64,000 nt of DNA. It comes from Fidelibacterota bacterium. Lineage in GTDB: Bacteria; Fidelibacterota; Marinisomatia; Marinisomatales; Marinisomataceae. Shown one piece after another: positions 9,797 through 20,188 of this stretch. The translations under genes and the position numbers were made by a program. The DNA is taken from NCBI GenBank assembly GCA_965212055.1, contig OZ243041.1, positions 896,001-960,000 on the forward strand, read 5' to 3'. The notes under the pieces are model-generated. The model did no database searches. It saw nothing but the letters and a program-made list of their open reading frames with translations, and was not told where the DNA came from. How positions within the stretch are numbered: position 1 is the stretch's first letter; each line of letters starts with the position of its first letter.

Positions 9797-9950
9797 ATCT
9801 TTTAAAAAGGTTACAATATTTACACTTTTTAAGTATTGCTTATAATATTTTCAATATATATCGCTAATCATAGGATTATAGTCTAGTTTGGTATAGTATT
9901 TGGTATAATATATTGTAGTTTATTTTTTGCACTGAAAAGTAAAGAAAGGT

Positions 9951-11066
9951 TTAATTTTTAAACCAAACTTTTTTATCAATATATTCTCTATAACTCAGTA
10001 TTGTTTTCAATACTTTCCAAGAAACTTGTTTTACATTATAATCTGATGGAATACGTGGTTGATTTAACTTATTTTGAGAGACAGAAACTTTGATTGATGT
10101 CAATAAATCTTTCTCTTCAAGAGGTGCCATAATCACTGTTCCTTCATCCATTGCTTCTGGTCGTTCATGCGCATCACGAATAGTTATACCGGGAAATCCT
10201 AATATGGATGATTCTTCAAAGATTGTTCCACTGTCTGAAATAACACAATATGCATTTTGTTGCAACCAAACATAATCAAAAAATCCCATTGCTTTTATAT
10301 CAACGATATTTTTTCCAAATTTAATTTTCTGCTCTTTGATTCTTATTTTAGTTCTTGGATGGAGAGAAAGTATTATTTTGTGTTTAAAGTGATTAGTAAT
10401 TGAATTAAATGATGCAACAATTTTTTCTAATTTTTCTGGACTATCTACATTTTCTTCTCGATGGATACTTGCAAGAAAATATTTGTTCTTAGATAATTTT
10501 AATTCTGATAATATTTTTGATCTTTTAATAGATTTTTCATAATAATCTAAAATTTCTTTTTGTGGCGATCCCGTTTTTACAATCTGTGCTGGATGTATAC
10601 CTTCATTTATTAAGTTTTGTTTTGCATGTTCACTATAAGGCATATGTATATCACTTATGTGGTCCACTATTTTTCTATTTATTTCTTCTGGTACTCTTAA
10701 ATCAAAACATCTATTACCGGCTTCCATATGAAAGATTGGGATTTTTCTTCTTTTAGCCATAATCGTTGATAATGCGCTATTAGTATCACCTAATACTAGT
10801 AATGCATCAGGTTTTTCTTTTTCAAAAATCTCATCAGTCTTTTCAATAATATTTGCTATTGTTTTTGATAGTGTGGAATCAGCACTATCTAAAAAATAAT
10901 CAGGTTTTCGAACATTTAAATCATTAAAAAATACTTCATTAAGTTCATAGTCATAATTTTGACCTGTATGTATAATTTTATGATTTACATGCTCGTCTAA
11001 TCTTTTCATAACCATAGACAATTTTATAATTTCTGGTCTTGTTCCTATTACAGTTATTACTTTCAT
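9951..11066 (-). CDS. Non-hydrolysing UDP-GlcNAc 2-epimerase family (WbjD/FnlC/QnlB-like)
   Basis: GTRPEIIK, HTGQNYD, GDTNS, HMEAGNR, PEEINR, SDSG, HERPE. Confidence 0.92.
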   Translation of the reverse strand: MKVITVIGTRPEIIKLSMVMKRLDEHVNHKIIHTGQNYDYELNEVFFNDLNVRKPDYFLDSADSTLSKTIANIIEKTDEIFEKEKPDALLVLGDTNSALSTIMAKRRKIPIFHMEAGNRCFDLRVPEEINRKIVDHISDIHMPYSEHAKQNLINEGIHPAQIVKTGSPQKEILDYYEKSIKRSKILSELKLSKNKYFLASIHREENVDSPEKLEKIVASFNSITNHFKHKIILSLHPRTKIRIKEQKIKFGKNIVDIKAMGFFDYVWLQQNAYCVISDSGTIFEESSILGFPGITIRDAHERPEAMDEGTVIMAPLEEKDLLTSIKVSVSQNKLNQPRIPSDYNVKQVSWKVLKTILSYREYIDKKVWFKN

Positions 11067-11067
11067 A

Positions 11068-12072
11068 TTATTTAAATTCCTCTAATTTTTTCAATAATTT
11101 TTTCATTTCTTCTTTATTAAGCCTTTTTGTGTTGTCGGAACTATATTCGTTTACTTCGCGAATTTTCTTATTACCTTTCTCAAAATATTTTTCATAATTT
11201 AAATCTCTTTTATCACTAGGTATTCGAAAATAATCTTTTAAATCTTCAGCTTTATACATTTCTTCTTTGCTGCATAAAACCTCAAATACTTTTTCTCCAT
11301 GTCGAATCCCAATATCATGTACTGGATGATTATTACATTCTTTCAACTCTAAAATAGCTTTAAGAAGAATACCCATTGTTGCTGCAGGTGCTTGTTGTAC
11401 AAATATATCACCATTTTTACCATTCGTAAAAGCATACTCAACCAAATCTACTGCATCGTCAACCGTCATCATAAATCTTGTCATTTCTTTATCAGTTAAA
11501 GTAATTGGAGTATTTTGTTTAATTTGAGAACACCAAAGAGGTATTACTGAACCTCTAGAAGACATAACATTCCCATATCTAGTAAGGCACAAATTCGTGC
11601 CATCAGGCGCATTCCTTGATTTTGCTACTACAACTTTTTCCATCATAGCTTTTGATGTTCCCATTGCATTGATTGGATATACTGCTTTATCTGTACTTAG
11701 ACAAACAATTTTCGACACTTTCTTTTCAAATGCAGAGTCAATTACATTGGCTGTACCAAGCACATTGGTTCTAACTGCTTCTAAAGGATGGAATTCACAA
11801 GAAGGTACTTGCTTCAATGCAGCCGCATGAAAAACAAAATCAACCCCTACCATAGCATCATTTATCGATCCTTTATGCCTTACATCCCCTAAATAAAACT
11901 TAATTCTTTTATCTTTATAAAATTTTCTTTGATCGTCTTGTTTTTTTTCATCTCTTGAAAAAACACGAATTTCTTTTACTTGAAAATCTAAATATCTCTT
12001 TAGAACCGCATTGCCAAAAGAACCTGTCCCACCTGTTATTAATACTGTTTTATTCTTTAATGTTTTCTTCAT
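11068..12072 (-). CDS. UDP-GlcNAc 4,6-dehydratase/epimerase (FnlA/WbjB/CapE-like)
   Basis: TGGTGSFG, FSRDEKKQ, AALKQVPSCEFHP, STDKAVYPINAMG, RYGNVMSSRGSV. Confidence 0.92.
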   Translation of the reverse strand: MKKTLKNKTVLITGGTGSFGNAVLKRYLDFQVKEIRVFSRDEKKQDDQRKFYKDKRIKFYLGDVRHKGSINDAMVGVDFVFHAAALKQVPSCEFHPLEAVRTNVLGTANVIDSAFEKKVSKIVCLSTDKAVYPINAMGTSKAMMEKVVVAKSRNAPDGTNLCLTRYGNVMSSRGSVIPLWCSQIKQNTPITLTDKEMTRFMMTVDDAVDLVEYAFTNGKNGDIFVQQAPAATMGILLKAILELKECNNHPVHDIGIRHGEKVFEVLCSKEEMYKAEDLKDYFRIPSDKRDLNYEKYFEKGNKKIREVNEYSSDNTKRLNKEEMKKLLKKLEEFK

Positions 12073-12080
12073 GGCATATT

Positions 12081-12950
12081 TTACATATTATAATGATACA
12101 ATTCATCAATCATTTTCTCCCAAGAAGGGATAGAAATATTCGTTTTTTTTCTGAATGCTGTAGAGTCAAGACTTCTATCACAAGTAAAGGTACTATCAGG
12201 GTTAATATTTATATTTAGTTGAAATTTTTTATTTAATAGATGTATCAAATCAAATTTGCTAATGGGCTCTGATGAAATATGAAATAATCCCTCTAATTGA
12301 GGAAAATCTTCAATAATTTGATTTAATATTTTAGAAAATGCAATTGTAGTTAGTCCAGAATAGATTGCATTTTTATACCCATTAATTGTTTTATTTTTTT
12401 GCTGTTTTGTCCATTCAAATAATCCAGTTTTATGAAATAGTGATGGACCAATGAACGACGTTCTTAATGTTAATGCATTCGGTATATTTACTTCACCTAA
12501 CATCTTAGATTCTCCATAATAATCTGTTGGATTGGGAATGTCACTTTCGTTATAGTTTCCTTTCCCCCCAGAAAAAACACAGTCAGTACTCAAATGAATG
12601 AATTTTATATTACTATCAATACATGTTTCAGCCAATAAGTGAGGAAAATCTGAATTTATATATGCTGTTTCAGGTATGTCTTTTTTGCATTCCTTTCTAT
12701 GTTTTACTATGCCTATGCAATTAATTAAAATATCAGGATTAATTTTTTTTATTTTAGATTTAACAAGATCAAAATCATTAAAATGTTCAATAAAGTTACA
12801 ATATGGTTCCGCCAAAATTTTTTCAAAAAATTTTACATCATTTAGTTTATCGTTATTTCTCATTAAGGTAGAAACATCATGATTTTTTGAAAGAACTTTA
12901 CATGCCATATGTCCTATTTCTCCAGTTGATCCTAATATTAATATTTTCAT
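12081..12950 (-). CDS. RmlD-like NDP-4-keto-6-deoxysugar reductase (QnlA/WbvR-like)
   Basis: GSTGEIG, INCIG, HLSTDCVFSG, YGESK, LRTSFIG. Confidence 0.85.
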   Translation of the reverse strand: MKILILGSTGEIGHMACKVLSKNHDVSTLMRNNDKLNDVKFFEKILAEPYCNFIEHFNDFDLVKSKIKKINPDILINCIGIVKHRKECKKDIPETAYINSDFPHLLAETCIDSNIKFIHLSTDCVFSGGKGNYNESDIPNPTDYYGESKMLGEVNIPNALTLRTSFIGPSLFHKTGLFEWTKQQKNKTINGYKNAIYSGLTTIAFSKILNQIIEDFPQLEGLFHISSEPISKFDLIHLLNKKFQLNININPDSTFTCDRSLDSTAFRKKTNISIPSWEKMIDELYHYNM

Positions 12951-12952
12951 TG

Positions 12953-14107
12953 TTAAAATATATCCATAAAAGACGGAGTAGAACCACCATTTCGTACCCA
13001 GTCATAAAAAGCTAGATAATCTTTGCCTAATACATCCCAAGAAAAATAATCTTTAATATATGTTCTTCCAAGTTGACCCATATTTTTTAGATCATTTTTA
13101 TTCAAACTATTTGCTGCTAATATTGCTGAGTATATATCATCTTGATTTAAACTAACAACCCATCCATAATTATTCTTTTTTACAACATGCCAAGGTGTTT
13201 CTTCAGATACAATGACTGGTAAACCATAAGACATAGCTTCTGCAATCACCAATCCAAAATTTTCTGATTGAGAAGGGATAATAAATACATCATTACTAAG
13301 ATATTTTTCTTGTTTTTTTAATCCTGATACTTTATCAGTAAAAGATATATTTTTTAAACCAAATTTTTTGATTAAATCTTGTAAAAATTTATAGTAACTA
13401 ATGTCTTCATAATAACCACATATTTCTAATGTACAATTTTTGTTTTCTAATTCAATTCTAGACCATGTTTTAATAAGAAGATCAAGGCCTTTGATTGGAT
13501 GTATTCTTCCTAAATATAAAAATTTAGTTTTTTCTCTAGTAAAATTTGTCTTTTTCTCTTTGGGAATATCAATACCTTCTGGTATAACAGCAATTGGTTG
13601 TTTATAACCTAAAGACCTAATTTCATCTTTTTCTTTGAGAGACGTAGCATGAAATGCATCACAATTTGATAACATTTTATTTTGATTAGAAAATATATTA
13701 AAAAGAATTTTTTTATACCTTGATACACTTAAAGCCTCTTTTGCAAAACTTCCTTTTGGAGAATTAACTATTTTTATATTCTTTCTTTTCTTTACTGATA
13801 AAGAATAGATATGTGGCATTCTCCATAACCCATGACTATGAATTATATCACCATCAGTTGTTAATTTTTTTAAACCTGATTTAAATTTTTGTGAAGATAA
13901 AATAGATTTTAGCATAAAATCAATTCTATATTCATGAACTTTAAATGAGGGCTTAAATACCAAATTACTTTTTCCTGCTGTATGGAGATGAGTATCAATA
14001 TTGTTTGATACAGCTTCACATAAAGCTGGCACAGCATAAGAGTGACCACTCAGTTGTCTTTTAACAATAAATGGAGCAATGTGATGTACAGAAAATGAAT
14101 CTATCAT
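12953..14107 (-). CDS. Glycosyltransferase family 4
   Basis: HSHGLW, LGRIHPIKG, SENFGLVIAEAMSYGLPVI; start set at ATG 14107 to avoid overlap with the upstream gene. Confidence 0.9.
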   Translation of the reverse strand: MIDSFSVHHIAPFIVKRQLSGHSYAVPALCEAVSNNIDTHLHTAGKSNLVFKPSFKVHEYRIDFMLKSILSSQKFKSGLKKLTTDGDIIHSHGLWRMPHIYSLSVKKRKNIKIVNSPKGSFAKEALSVSRYKKILFNIFSNQNKMLSNCDAFHATSLKEKDEIRSLGYKQPIAVIPEGIDIPKEKKTNFTREKTKFLYLGRIHPIKGLDLLIKTWSRIELENKNCTLEICGYYEDISYYKFLQDLIKKFGLKNISFTDKVSGLKKQEKYLSNDVFIIPSQSENFGLVIAEAMSYGLPVIVSEETPWHVVKKNNYGWVVSLNQDDIYSAILAANSLNKNDLKNMGQLGRTYIKDYFSWDVLGKDYLAFYDWVRNGGSTPSFMDIF

Positions 14108-14114
14108 GTTCAAT

Positions 14115-15122
14115 TTATGGTTGGGGTGGAAATCCGTTTCCATATAAAATAATTTTCGATATAAAATCAATGTTTGCATATAAAAAATAAAGACTAGTGA
14201 TAAGAACGCCCAAGTTTAAACCTGCACGATAAGGCAAACAATAATACAAGCAAAATATATAACCAATCATATTCATTCTATCTTCTCCAACAAAATATAG
14301 AGCTATAAATAGCGGTAAAAAATAAATTAGAGTCTCTAATCTGTCTTTTGTATAATATAAAGCTATAAGAAGAAATATTGTCATCCTTAAAAAATCAAAT
14401 ATACTTCGATCGCCACCATATGCTGTTATTTTAAAAAAAAGGTAAGGTAGTCCAGAAATTTGAGTGGAGTTTATAGCAAAGAATACAAACACTATCATTG
14501 GTAACACAAATAATAATGACCGTTTAAATTGTAATTTAAATAATAAAGGCTTGACTTCATTAATGAATAACTGAAGTGCTCTACCTAAACATAAGATTAG
14601 TATCTGCAAATGAGAAAAAATAGCTAAACCAAAGAAAAAGAAAGAAAGAACATATTTTTTTCTAAAAAGAAAAAATAACAAGAAAAAGATAAAACCAATT
14701 TTTAACCTCTCTCCTGTAAAAAATAATACATATAAATAAAAATTTGTAAGAATAAAAAAAGATGTTACTAGAAAATTAACTTTAAGATTATCAAAAACTT
14801 TTATTAAAAGCCCAGCAAGAAATGTATTACACATAGACAGAAAAAAGATTCTATCTATTCCTAGATTGCTTGCTACCCAAACAAAAATAAAATGAACAAA
14901 TTCTACTGTGGTAATAATATAATTATAGAGTTGATATGCCCTAGCAATATCAAGGTCAGCTACTCCGTTATATATTGTTCTATATCCATTGTTATCTCCC
15001 CCTACATATAAATTCCCTAGAATCAATGAAATAATAAACACAAAAAAAAGCAGTGTTATTCTCAAAAAAGTATTTTTATTAAAAGATGGTAGATTTAAAA
15101 AAATTTTAGTGTTTATCATCAT
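14115..15122 (-). CDS. Wzy/EpsG-like polysaccharide polymerase
   Basis: Multi-TM protein with GGDNNGY loop and AIFSHLQ, within the cluster. Confidence 0.6.
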   Translation of the reverse strand: MMINTKIFLNLPSFNKNTFLRITLLFFVFIISLILGNLYVGGDNNGYRTIYNGVADLDIARAYQLYNYIITTVEFVHFIFVWVASNLGIDRIFFLSMCNTFLAGLLIKVFDNLKVNFLVTSFFILTNFYLYVLFFTGERLKIGFIFFLLFFLFRKKYVLSFFFFGLAIFSHLQILILCLGRALQLFINEVKPLLFKLQFKRSLLFVLPMIVFVFFAINSTQISGLPYLFFKITAYGGDRSIFDFLRMTIFLLIALYYTKDRLETLIYFLPLFIALYFVGEDRMNMIGYIFCLYYCLPYRAGLNLGVLITSLYFLYANIDFISKIILYGNGFPPQP

Positions 15123-16339
15123 AAAGAAAATGCCTTCAAAAGATTTGATATGTGTAAATTTCTATAAGATTGGGGACGATGAGAATCTGCAAGAAGGAAA
15201 AACCCTGAACTAATTTTATCTTTTTTAAGATATCCATGCATACCAGCTTTTAATTTACTGTCATTGTGAAAAAAATCTGGACTTACTTGAACACCTTTTT
15301 TAGCCCACCAAACAATATCAGCAATATCTTTCACAGGCGGTAATCCTTCGTTTTCACAATCCTGATTATTAAGAAAATATCCTTTATCTTTTAATTCTTT
15401 ATTAGAAAATAGTTTCTGATGAAAATTCTTCAATTTTTCTTTATTATCTAATTTCCACCATATTCTTAACATTGTTGAATCTAAAAAATAATAAAAATCT
15501 CTCCCTAATTTAAGATTCAAATTCTTTGTAATAGATTCAATGATATTTTTGATATTGATACCATGATTAACATGTTCCATACCATGATCTCCCAAAAAAG
15601 AAATATCACACTTTTCATGATGGTATTCCATACATGTATGATAGAAATTTTTTAGTTTTATATCTATATCTTCAAGCCCTTTAATTAATTCTTGTGAATG
15701 TGGCCCAAATTTATGGCCAAGTACATCTGCTGTACTTATATATACTGGAATCAATGTCTGCTTATAATCAGAAAGCTTATTTATAAGGGTTTTAAGTCGT
15801 GAAGAATCAGTACCAAAAGAAGCACTAGATAATGATGTAAAATATTCCCAGTTAATTGTATATCCTGCATGAATATGTTCATATAATAAACCTGATTTAA
15901 TCTGTTTCGAATATTCTTCAAAATCAATTGAATCTTCTGTAAGAATAACTTTGTCTAAAATATTTAAAGGAATTCTCTGTGGATACATACTAGGGGACGA
16001 TTTATTGAGAGACACTTGCCACAAAAAACGTCTGATAATTTTTTGAAAAAATTGATTTTTTTCAAAAAAACTAAGTACAGGTATTATCCAATTTGGAAGC
16101 CATGAATATGGTCGAATATTATTCTTAGATTCAGTATCAATCGTAATAGCATTAACAAAACCAGTTTCAGAAGGTTTTAAGCTAAAAAAAATCTCCGAAC
16201 GTTCACAAAAACCACTCGATATCTCTAAATTTTTTATATAAATACCATCATGAATTTTAGATGATAACCAAGGCATATATTTAACATGATCTGATCTAAG
16301 AGCATCAAGAACTATAAGGTAATGATTTTGTAAGTTCAT
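15119..16339 (-). CDS. Alkaline phosphatase superfamily protein (type I phosphodiesterase-like)
   Basis: Metal-ligand motifs LIVLDALR, DVLGHKFGP, GDHGM, GMHGY. Confidence 0.85.
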   Translation of the reverse strand: MNLQNHYLIVLDALRSDHVKYMPWLSSKIHDGIYIKNLEISSGFCERSEIFFSLKPSETGFVNAITIDTESKNNIRPYSWLPNWIIPVLSFFEKNQFFQKIIRRFLWQVSLNKSSPSMYPQRIPLNILDKVILTEDSIDFEEYSKQIKSGLLYEHIHAGYTINWEYFTSLSSASFGTDSSRLKTLINKLSDYKQTLIPVYISTADVLGHKFGPHSQELIKGLEDIDIKLKNFYHTCMEYHHEKCDISFLGDHGMEHVNHGINIKNIIESITKNLNLKLGRDFYYFLDSTMLRIWWKLDNKEKLKNFHQKLFSNKELKDKGYFLNNQDCENEGLPPVKDIADIVWWAKKGVQVSPDFFHNDSKLKAGMHGYLKKDKISSGFFLLADSHRPQSYRNLHISNLLKAFSL

Positions 16340-16340
16340 A

Positions 16341-17261
16341 TTAAAAATAATATTGATTTAAAAATTTATTTTTATATTCTTTCTGTGAGAAATCTTTTAA
16401 ATAATCCTCAATAATATCAACTTTTTTTTGATTATTAATACCGCTTACACATTTATATTCACAGAAAGGAAATCCAATAACATTCTTGCTTTTTGTATTG
16501 CAAAATGGAATAAATTTTACAAAATCAATTTCTTTTTTATTCTGCAATTTTTTATTAGCTATAAAATCAGATAATAATGGATATACCTCGCTATCTAAGA
16601 TAAAACAAAGACAATCTTGTTCAGCCCAACCAGAATATGGTTTACCTTCATTCGAATGAAACACCTCAGAATATTTTCCTTCACTATCTCTCAAAAATCC
16701 AACATAAGGATTTTTTTTATAACGTGTTGGCATTGCAATGAGTGGATTAAATTTTTCATATAATATGGTAGAAAAAAATATATAACTAGAAGGAATAAGT
16801 GCTAAATCACCCCACAATAAAATGGTATCATACTCTAAAGCTAAATCATTTTTGATTGCATCCAAACATACCGCTGTACCTTGTATTTGTTCAGGATGGA
16901 GTTCAATTAGATTGATTTTTTTATTTAAACCTTCTATTTGTTCAAAATAATGCTTATCGAGAGAATTAATTACTATATTGATGGAAACAATATTTGATAT
17001 TGCTTTTTCAATCACATTTAACAAGTTAATAATAATAGATTTTTGACCATTTGGATAGTCAATTTTAAGGAGAGGTTTTGGATAATTGAGATTCATTCTT
17101 TCTCCCTTTCCTGCAGCCATAATTACTATTTGATATTGTTTTTTATTGATTGAAGTATTTTCTAAATAGTAATTAAATAATTCTTTTCTATACTGTGAAA
17201 GTTCAAACTTTTTAGAAGAAAAAGGATTAAAGATTAAAGTACTATCTCCTGATTTTTTAAT
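16341..17261 (-). CDS. Sugar-phosphate nucleotidyltransferase (GlmU N-terminal-like); probable ATT start at 17261, first ATG at 17120
   Basis: IVIMAAGKGERM..PKPL, GTA, WGD; frame is open for 47 codons upstream of the ATG. Confidence 0.8.
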   Translation of the reverse strand: MKKSGDSTLIFNPFSSKKFELSQYRKELFNYYLENTSINKKQYQIVIMAAGKGERMNLNYPKPLLKIDYPNGQKSIIINLLNVIEKAISNIVSINIVINSLDKHYFEQIEGLNKKINLIELHPEQIQGTAVCLDAIKNDLALEYDTILLWGDLALIPSSYIFFSTILYEKFNPLIAMPTRYKKNPYVGFLRDSEGKYSEVFHSNEGKPYSGWAEQDCLCFILDSEVYPLLSDFIANKKLQNKKEIDFVKFIPFCNTKSKNVIGFPFCEYKCVSGINNQKKVDIIEDYLKDFSQKEYKNKFLNQYYF

Positions 17262-18019
17262 TACAATATCTCCTTTAATGATTCCACAGAAAATGTAGGA
17301 GAAGGAGAATTTTTAACTAAATCAGATTTTGAAGAAATAAGTACAGATTGGCATTTAAGATTCTTACTGAGTTCTATGTCAGTCCAAGGATTGTCTCCTA
17401 TCACTATCAATTTTTCATCTTTTTTTACTTTTATCATTTCTCTGCTGAGATTAGGTTTTCCAAATTCTTTTGATAGCTTTTTTTTCTGTAAAACACCTGA
17501 TAAATTCAATAAACCGTCCAAAATTAAGGTAACAGTAAAATTAAATGGTGGTTCGGGTGAAATTCTATCAGGATTTCCTAATAAAATATCTGCATCTGTT
17601 TTTATAATTAAGTTTAATGCTGATTCTGTTCTTTTAATCCATTCACTATCAACCAAAGAAGTAAAAATAATTGCATCAATATCTTCTTCTGAGATATCAT
17701 TCACTATATTGCCTACAAAAGGTTTGATTTTATTGGCAACATTTTCTTGTCCGTAATGAAAAATAGTTTTGTAAGATTTTTTTTCTAAAAATTTTAATAA
17801 TAAATCTAATGATGTAATAACATCGGGTATTGGTACATTAAAAATGTTAAATAATTCCTCTTTTAATTCTAAGCCTGTTTTAGATCCAATATTTGAAAAA
17901 ATAATTATTTTTTGATAATAATTTTTTAAGAATTCTTTTGAACCATTGAGAGGTTCTTTTTTATTAGAATATAATGTTCCACTAACATCTAATAAAATTT
18001 TATCAAATTTGGATAACAT
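17261..18019 (-). CDS. HAD-superfamily class IIA phosphatase
   Basis: LLDVSGTL, SN, NPD, GKP, IGDNPWTDI. Confidence 0.85.
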   Translation of the reverse strand: MLSKFDKILLDVSGTLYSNKKEPLNGSKEFLKNYYQKIIIFSNIGSKTGLELKEELFNIFNVPIPDVITSLDLLLKFLEKKSYKTIFHYGQENVANKIKPFVGNIVNDISEEDIDAIIFTSLVDSEWIKRTESALNLIIKTDADILLGNPDRISPEPPFNFTVTLILDGLLNLSGVLQKKKLSKEFGKPNLSREMIKVKKDEKLIVIGDNPWTDIELSKNLKCQSVLISSKSDLVKNSPSPTFSVESLKEIL

Positions 18020-18025
18020 CTTACA

Positions 18026-19270
18026 TTATTTATCATTTACTATTCTTAAAATAGTTTTTAAGACATTTTTTCCATTATGAGCAGAAGGATTTAATGGATC
18101 AGAAAAATTACCTTTCACTATTTTTAACCAAGGATATTTATTCATAATTACATTTTCATCAAAATTAATCGATTTTGATTCTTTAGATTCTGAGGTTGCA
18201 TCATCTATAATTAGGTGAGTAAGTAAATCTTTTTTATTAATACTCTTATTACTTGATCTATTTAAATATTTATATAAATCTTTTACTAGATCTGAAACAT
18301 ATAAAAAATTATTGGTTTCTTTCTTCAAGTTTGCAATCATCACTTTTGGATTCTCATTTTGTTTAATAAGATTTGCTACCCCTTTTGTTTCAAGGCTTGG
18401 AAGGATACTAGAATATGGAGTTCCAGAACCATAAACAATGATATCGCTGTTAAGTATTTTTTCTTTAATATCTTCATTATAAATAGGAATACTCCTCAAT
18501 GACTCAAGAAAACTAATTTTATCATCTATTTCTATTGAAGATAATTTTCTAATTTGATTCATTGTGATAGGATTTGTCATCTGATAGATATCTTTTATGC
18601 TATCTGTAGTGCGAGTTAATACCACAGATGCTTCATTAGGTAAAAGGGTACCATTTTTCAGTAACCCACTTAGAAATCTAACAGAATTTGTATTAGAATA
18701 TATTGCAATTTTACTATTCAGATTACAAAATTTAGAAAAAGCATTAGTAGCTTTATTAAAGTCAAGATTATTTTCTACCAATAGAGCTCCAAATAAAATA
18801 TTACCAATTTTGAAATCTTCTATATCAATAATTTCATCTCTGTTTTGATAAAAATAATTGAAAAAAATAATAAATTTTTTCAAAATTTGTTTTCTTGTTT
18901 TATCTGGAATTTGTGAAAGTGCAGATAAATATTTAGGTAAAGAATTTTTATATAGCATTTTGTGCAGATTACGATATAATAATAACCTTTCTTCAAAATT
19001 ATCAACCATCGGAAATCTGGCTTCTAATGCGTTTATTAGTTTTTCATTTGGAGAAAGAGAAAGGATTGCTTTTAAAAAATCACTTATTCCATGAGCTTTA
19101 TAATGAAATAATCTTCTAATCTCTCCTGTAGATGCACCATCATCTAAACCATTAATTATTACTGAAAGTTCATTGATGTCGTTCATTTGTTTTTTCATTG
19201 CAAAAAACAAATTTTTATTCCCTCTTCCTCCTGAAAATATTATAACTTTTGGTTTATATTTATTTTTCAT
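18026..19270 (-). CDS. CofD/YvcK (GlmR) family protein
   Basis: IFSGGRG, DDGASTG, GISD, GSGTPYSSILPSL, IANL; start at MKNKYK. Confidence 0.82.
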   Translation of the reverse strand: MKNKYKPKVIIFSGGRGNKNLFFAMKKQMNDINELSVIINGLDDGASTGEIRRLFHYKAHGISDFLKAILSLSPNEKLINALEARFPMVDNFEERLLLYRNLHKMLYKNSLPKYLSALSQIPDKTRKQILKKFIIFFNYFYQNRDEIIDIEDFKIGNILFGALLVENNLDFNKATNAFSKFCNLNSKIAIYSNTNSVRFLSGLLKNGTLLPNEASVVLTRTTDSIKDIYQMTNPITMNQIRKLSSIEIDDKISFLESLRSIPIYNEDIKEKILNSDIIVYGSGTPYSSILPSLETKGVANLIKQNENPKVMIANLKKETNNFLYVSDLVKDLYKYLNRSSNKSINKKDLLTHLIIDDATSESKESKSINFDENVIMNKYPWLKIVKGNFSDPLNPSAHNGKNVLKTILRIVNDK

Positions 19271-20162
19271 TCTTTTTTCCCCATTTAGCAATAATTATTT
19301 TAATAATTTGCGCTCCAGACGGATAAATCCTTCCTAAATACCATTTTTTTAGAGGTTTTCTCTCATTTTTAATAATTAATGGTAATTTAAATATTCCTTC
19401 AATCATTCCTAAAAAATAATAGTGTAATGATAATGTTTTCAAAGAAAAAATAAAATTAATTGTAAAATGAAAAATTACTTCTCTTATTGCTGGTAATAAT
19501 GGATAATGTTTACATATTAACCATAAAACATTCCTAGTATTATAGTAATAAAACTTAGAAGACAATCTTGTTGTTGGCGATTCTTTGTGATATGCAACAA
19601 TATCGCTAAAATGTTGAATTTTATATCCATAGTCCAATGCTCTTATACAAACATCTTCTTCGCTAGCATAGATAAAATAATTTTTCGGTCTTAAACCAAC
19701 ATTGTCAAATAATTCTTTTTTTAAACCAACAGCACATCCAGTAAACCTATTATGTTTGGGCCAGTTTTTGGGTTCATTTTGAATTTTTTTTGAGAAAAAA
19801 TTGAAAATACGAGGATCCACAATCCCAAGAGATGGGTCATTATTAAATTTATGAACAATTTTATTAATTCCATTATCTTCAAAAAATGCATCACTATCAA
19901 GAAAAACTAAAATAGGGCCAGTAGAATTAACAATACCTACATTAAATCCTTCTTCACATCCCACATTTGACGGTAAACATATTAATTTATAATTTGGATA
20001 TAGTTGTCTTATTTCTTCAACAGTACCATCAGATGATCCATTATCAACTATAATAACTTCTAAATTAGAGTAAGTTTGTCTTTGAAGAGATTCCAAAGTT
20101 TCCAGGATATCATCTTTTCGATTCCAAGTTACAATTACTACAGATACTAATGGGTTATTCAT
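19260..20162 (-). CDS. Glycosyltransferase family 2
   Basis: VSVVIVTWNR, VDNGSSDGT, FLDSD. Confidence 0.92.
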   Translation of the reverse strand: MNNPLVSVVIVTWNRKDDILETLESLQRQTYSNLEVIIVDNGSSDGTVEEIRQLYPNYKLICLPSNVGCEEGFNVGIVNSTGPILVFLDSDAFFEDNGINKIVHKFNNDPSLGIVDPRIFNFFSKKIQNEPKNWPKHNRFTGCAVGLKKELFDNVGLRPKNYFIYASEEDVCIRALDYGYKIQHFSDIVAYHKESPTTRLSSKFYYYNTRNVLWLICKHYPLLPAIREVIFHFTINFIFSLKTLSLHYYFLGMIEGIFKLPLIIKNERKPLKKWYLGRIYPSGAQIIKIIIAKWGKKNEK

Positions 20163-20188
20163 TATAAAATTTTCAAATATATTAACAT

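Noticed and set aside
1417..15050. A/T homopolymer runs of 8-9 nt as phase-variation tracts
   Set aside because: Expected at this AT content; the ORFs containing them are intact
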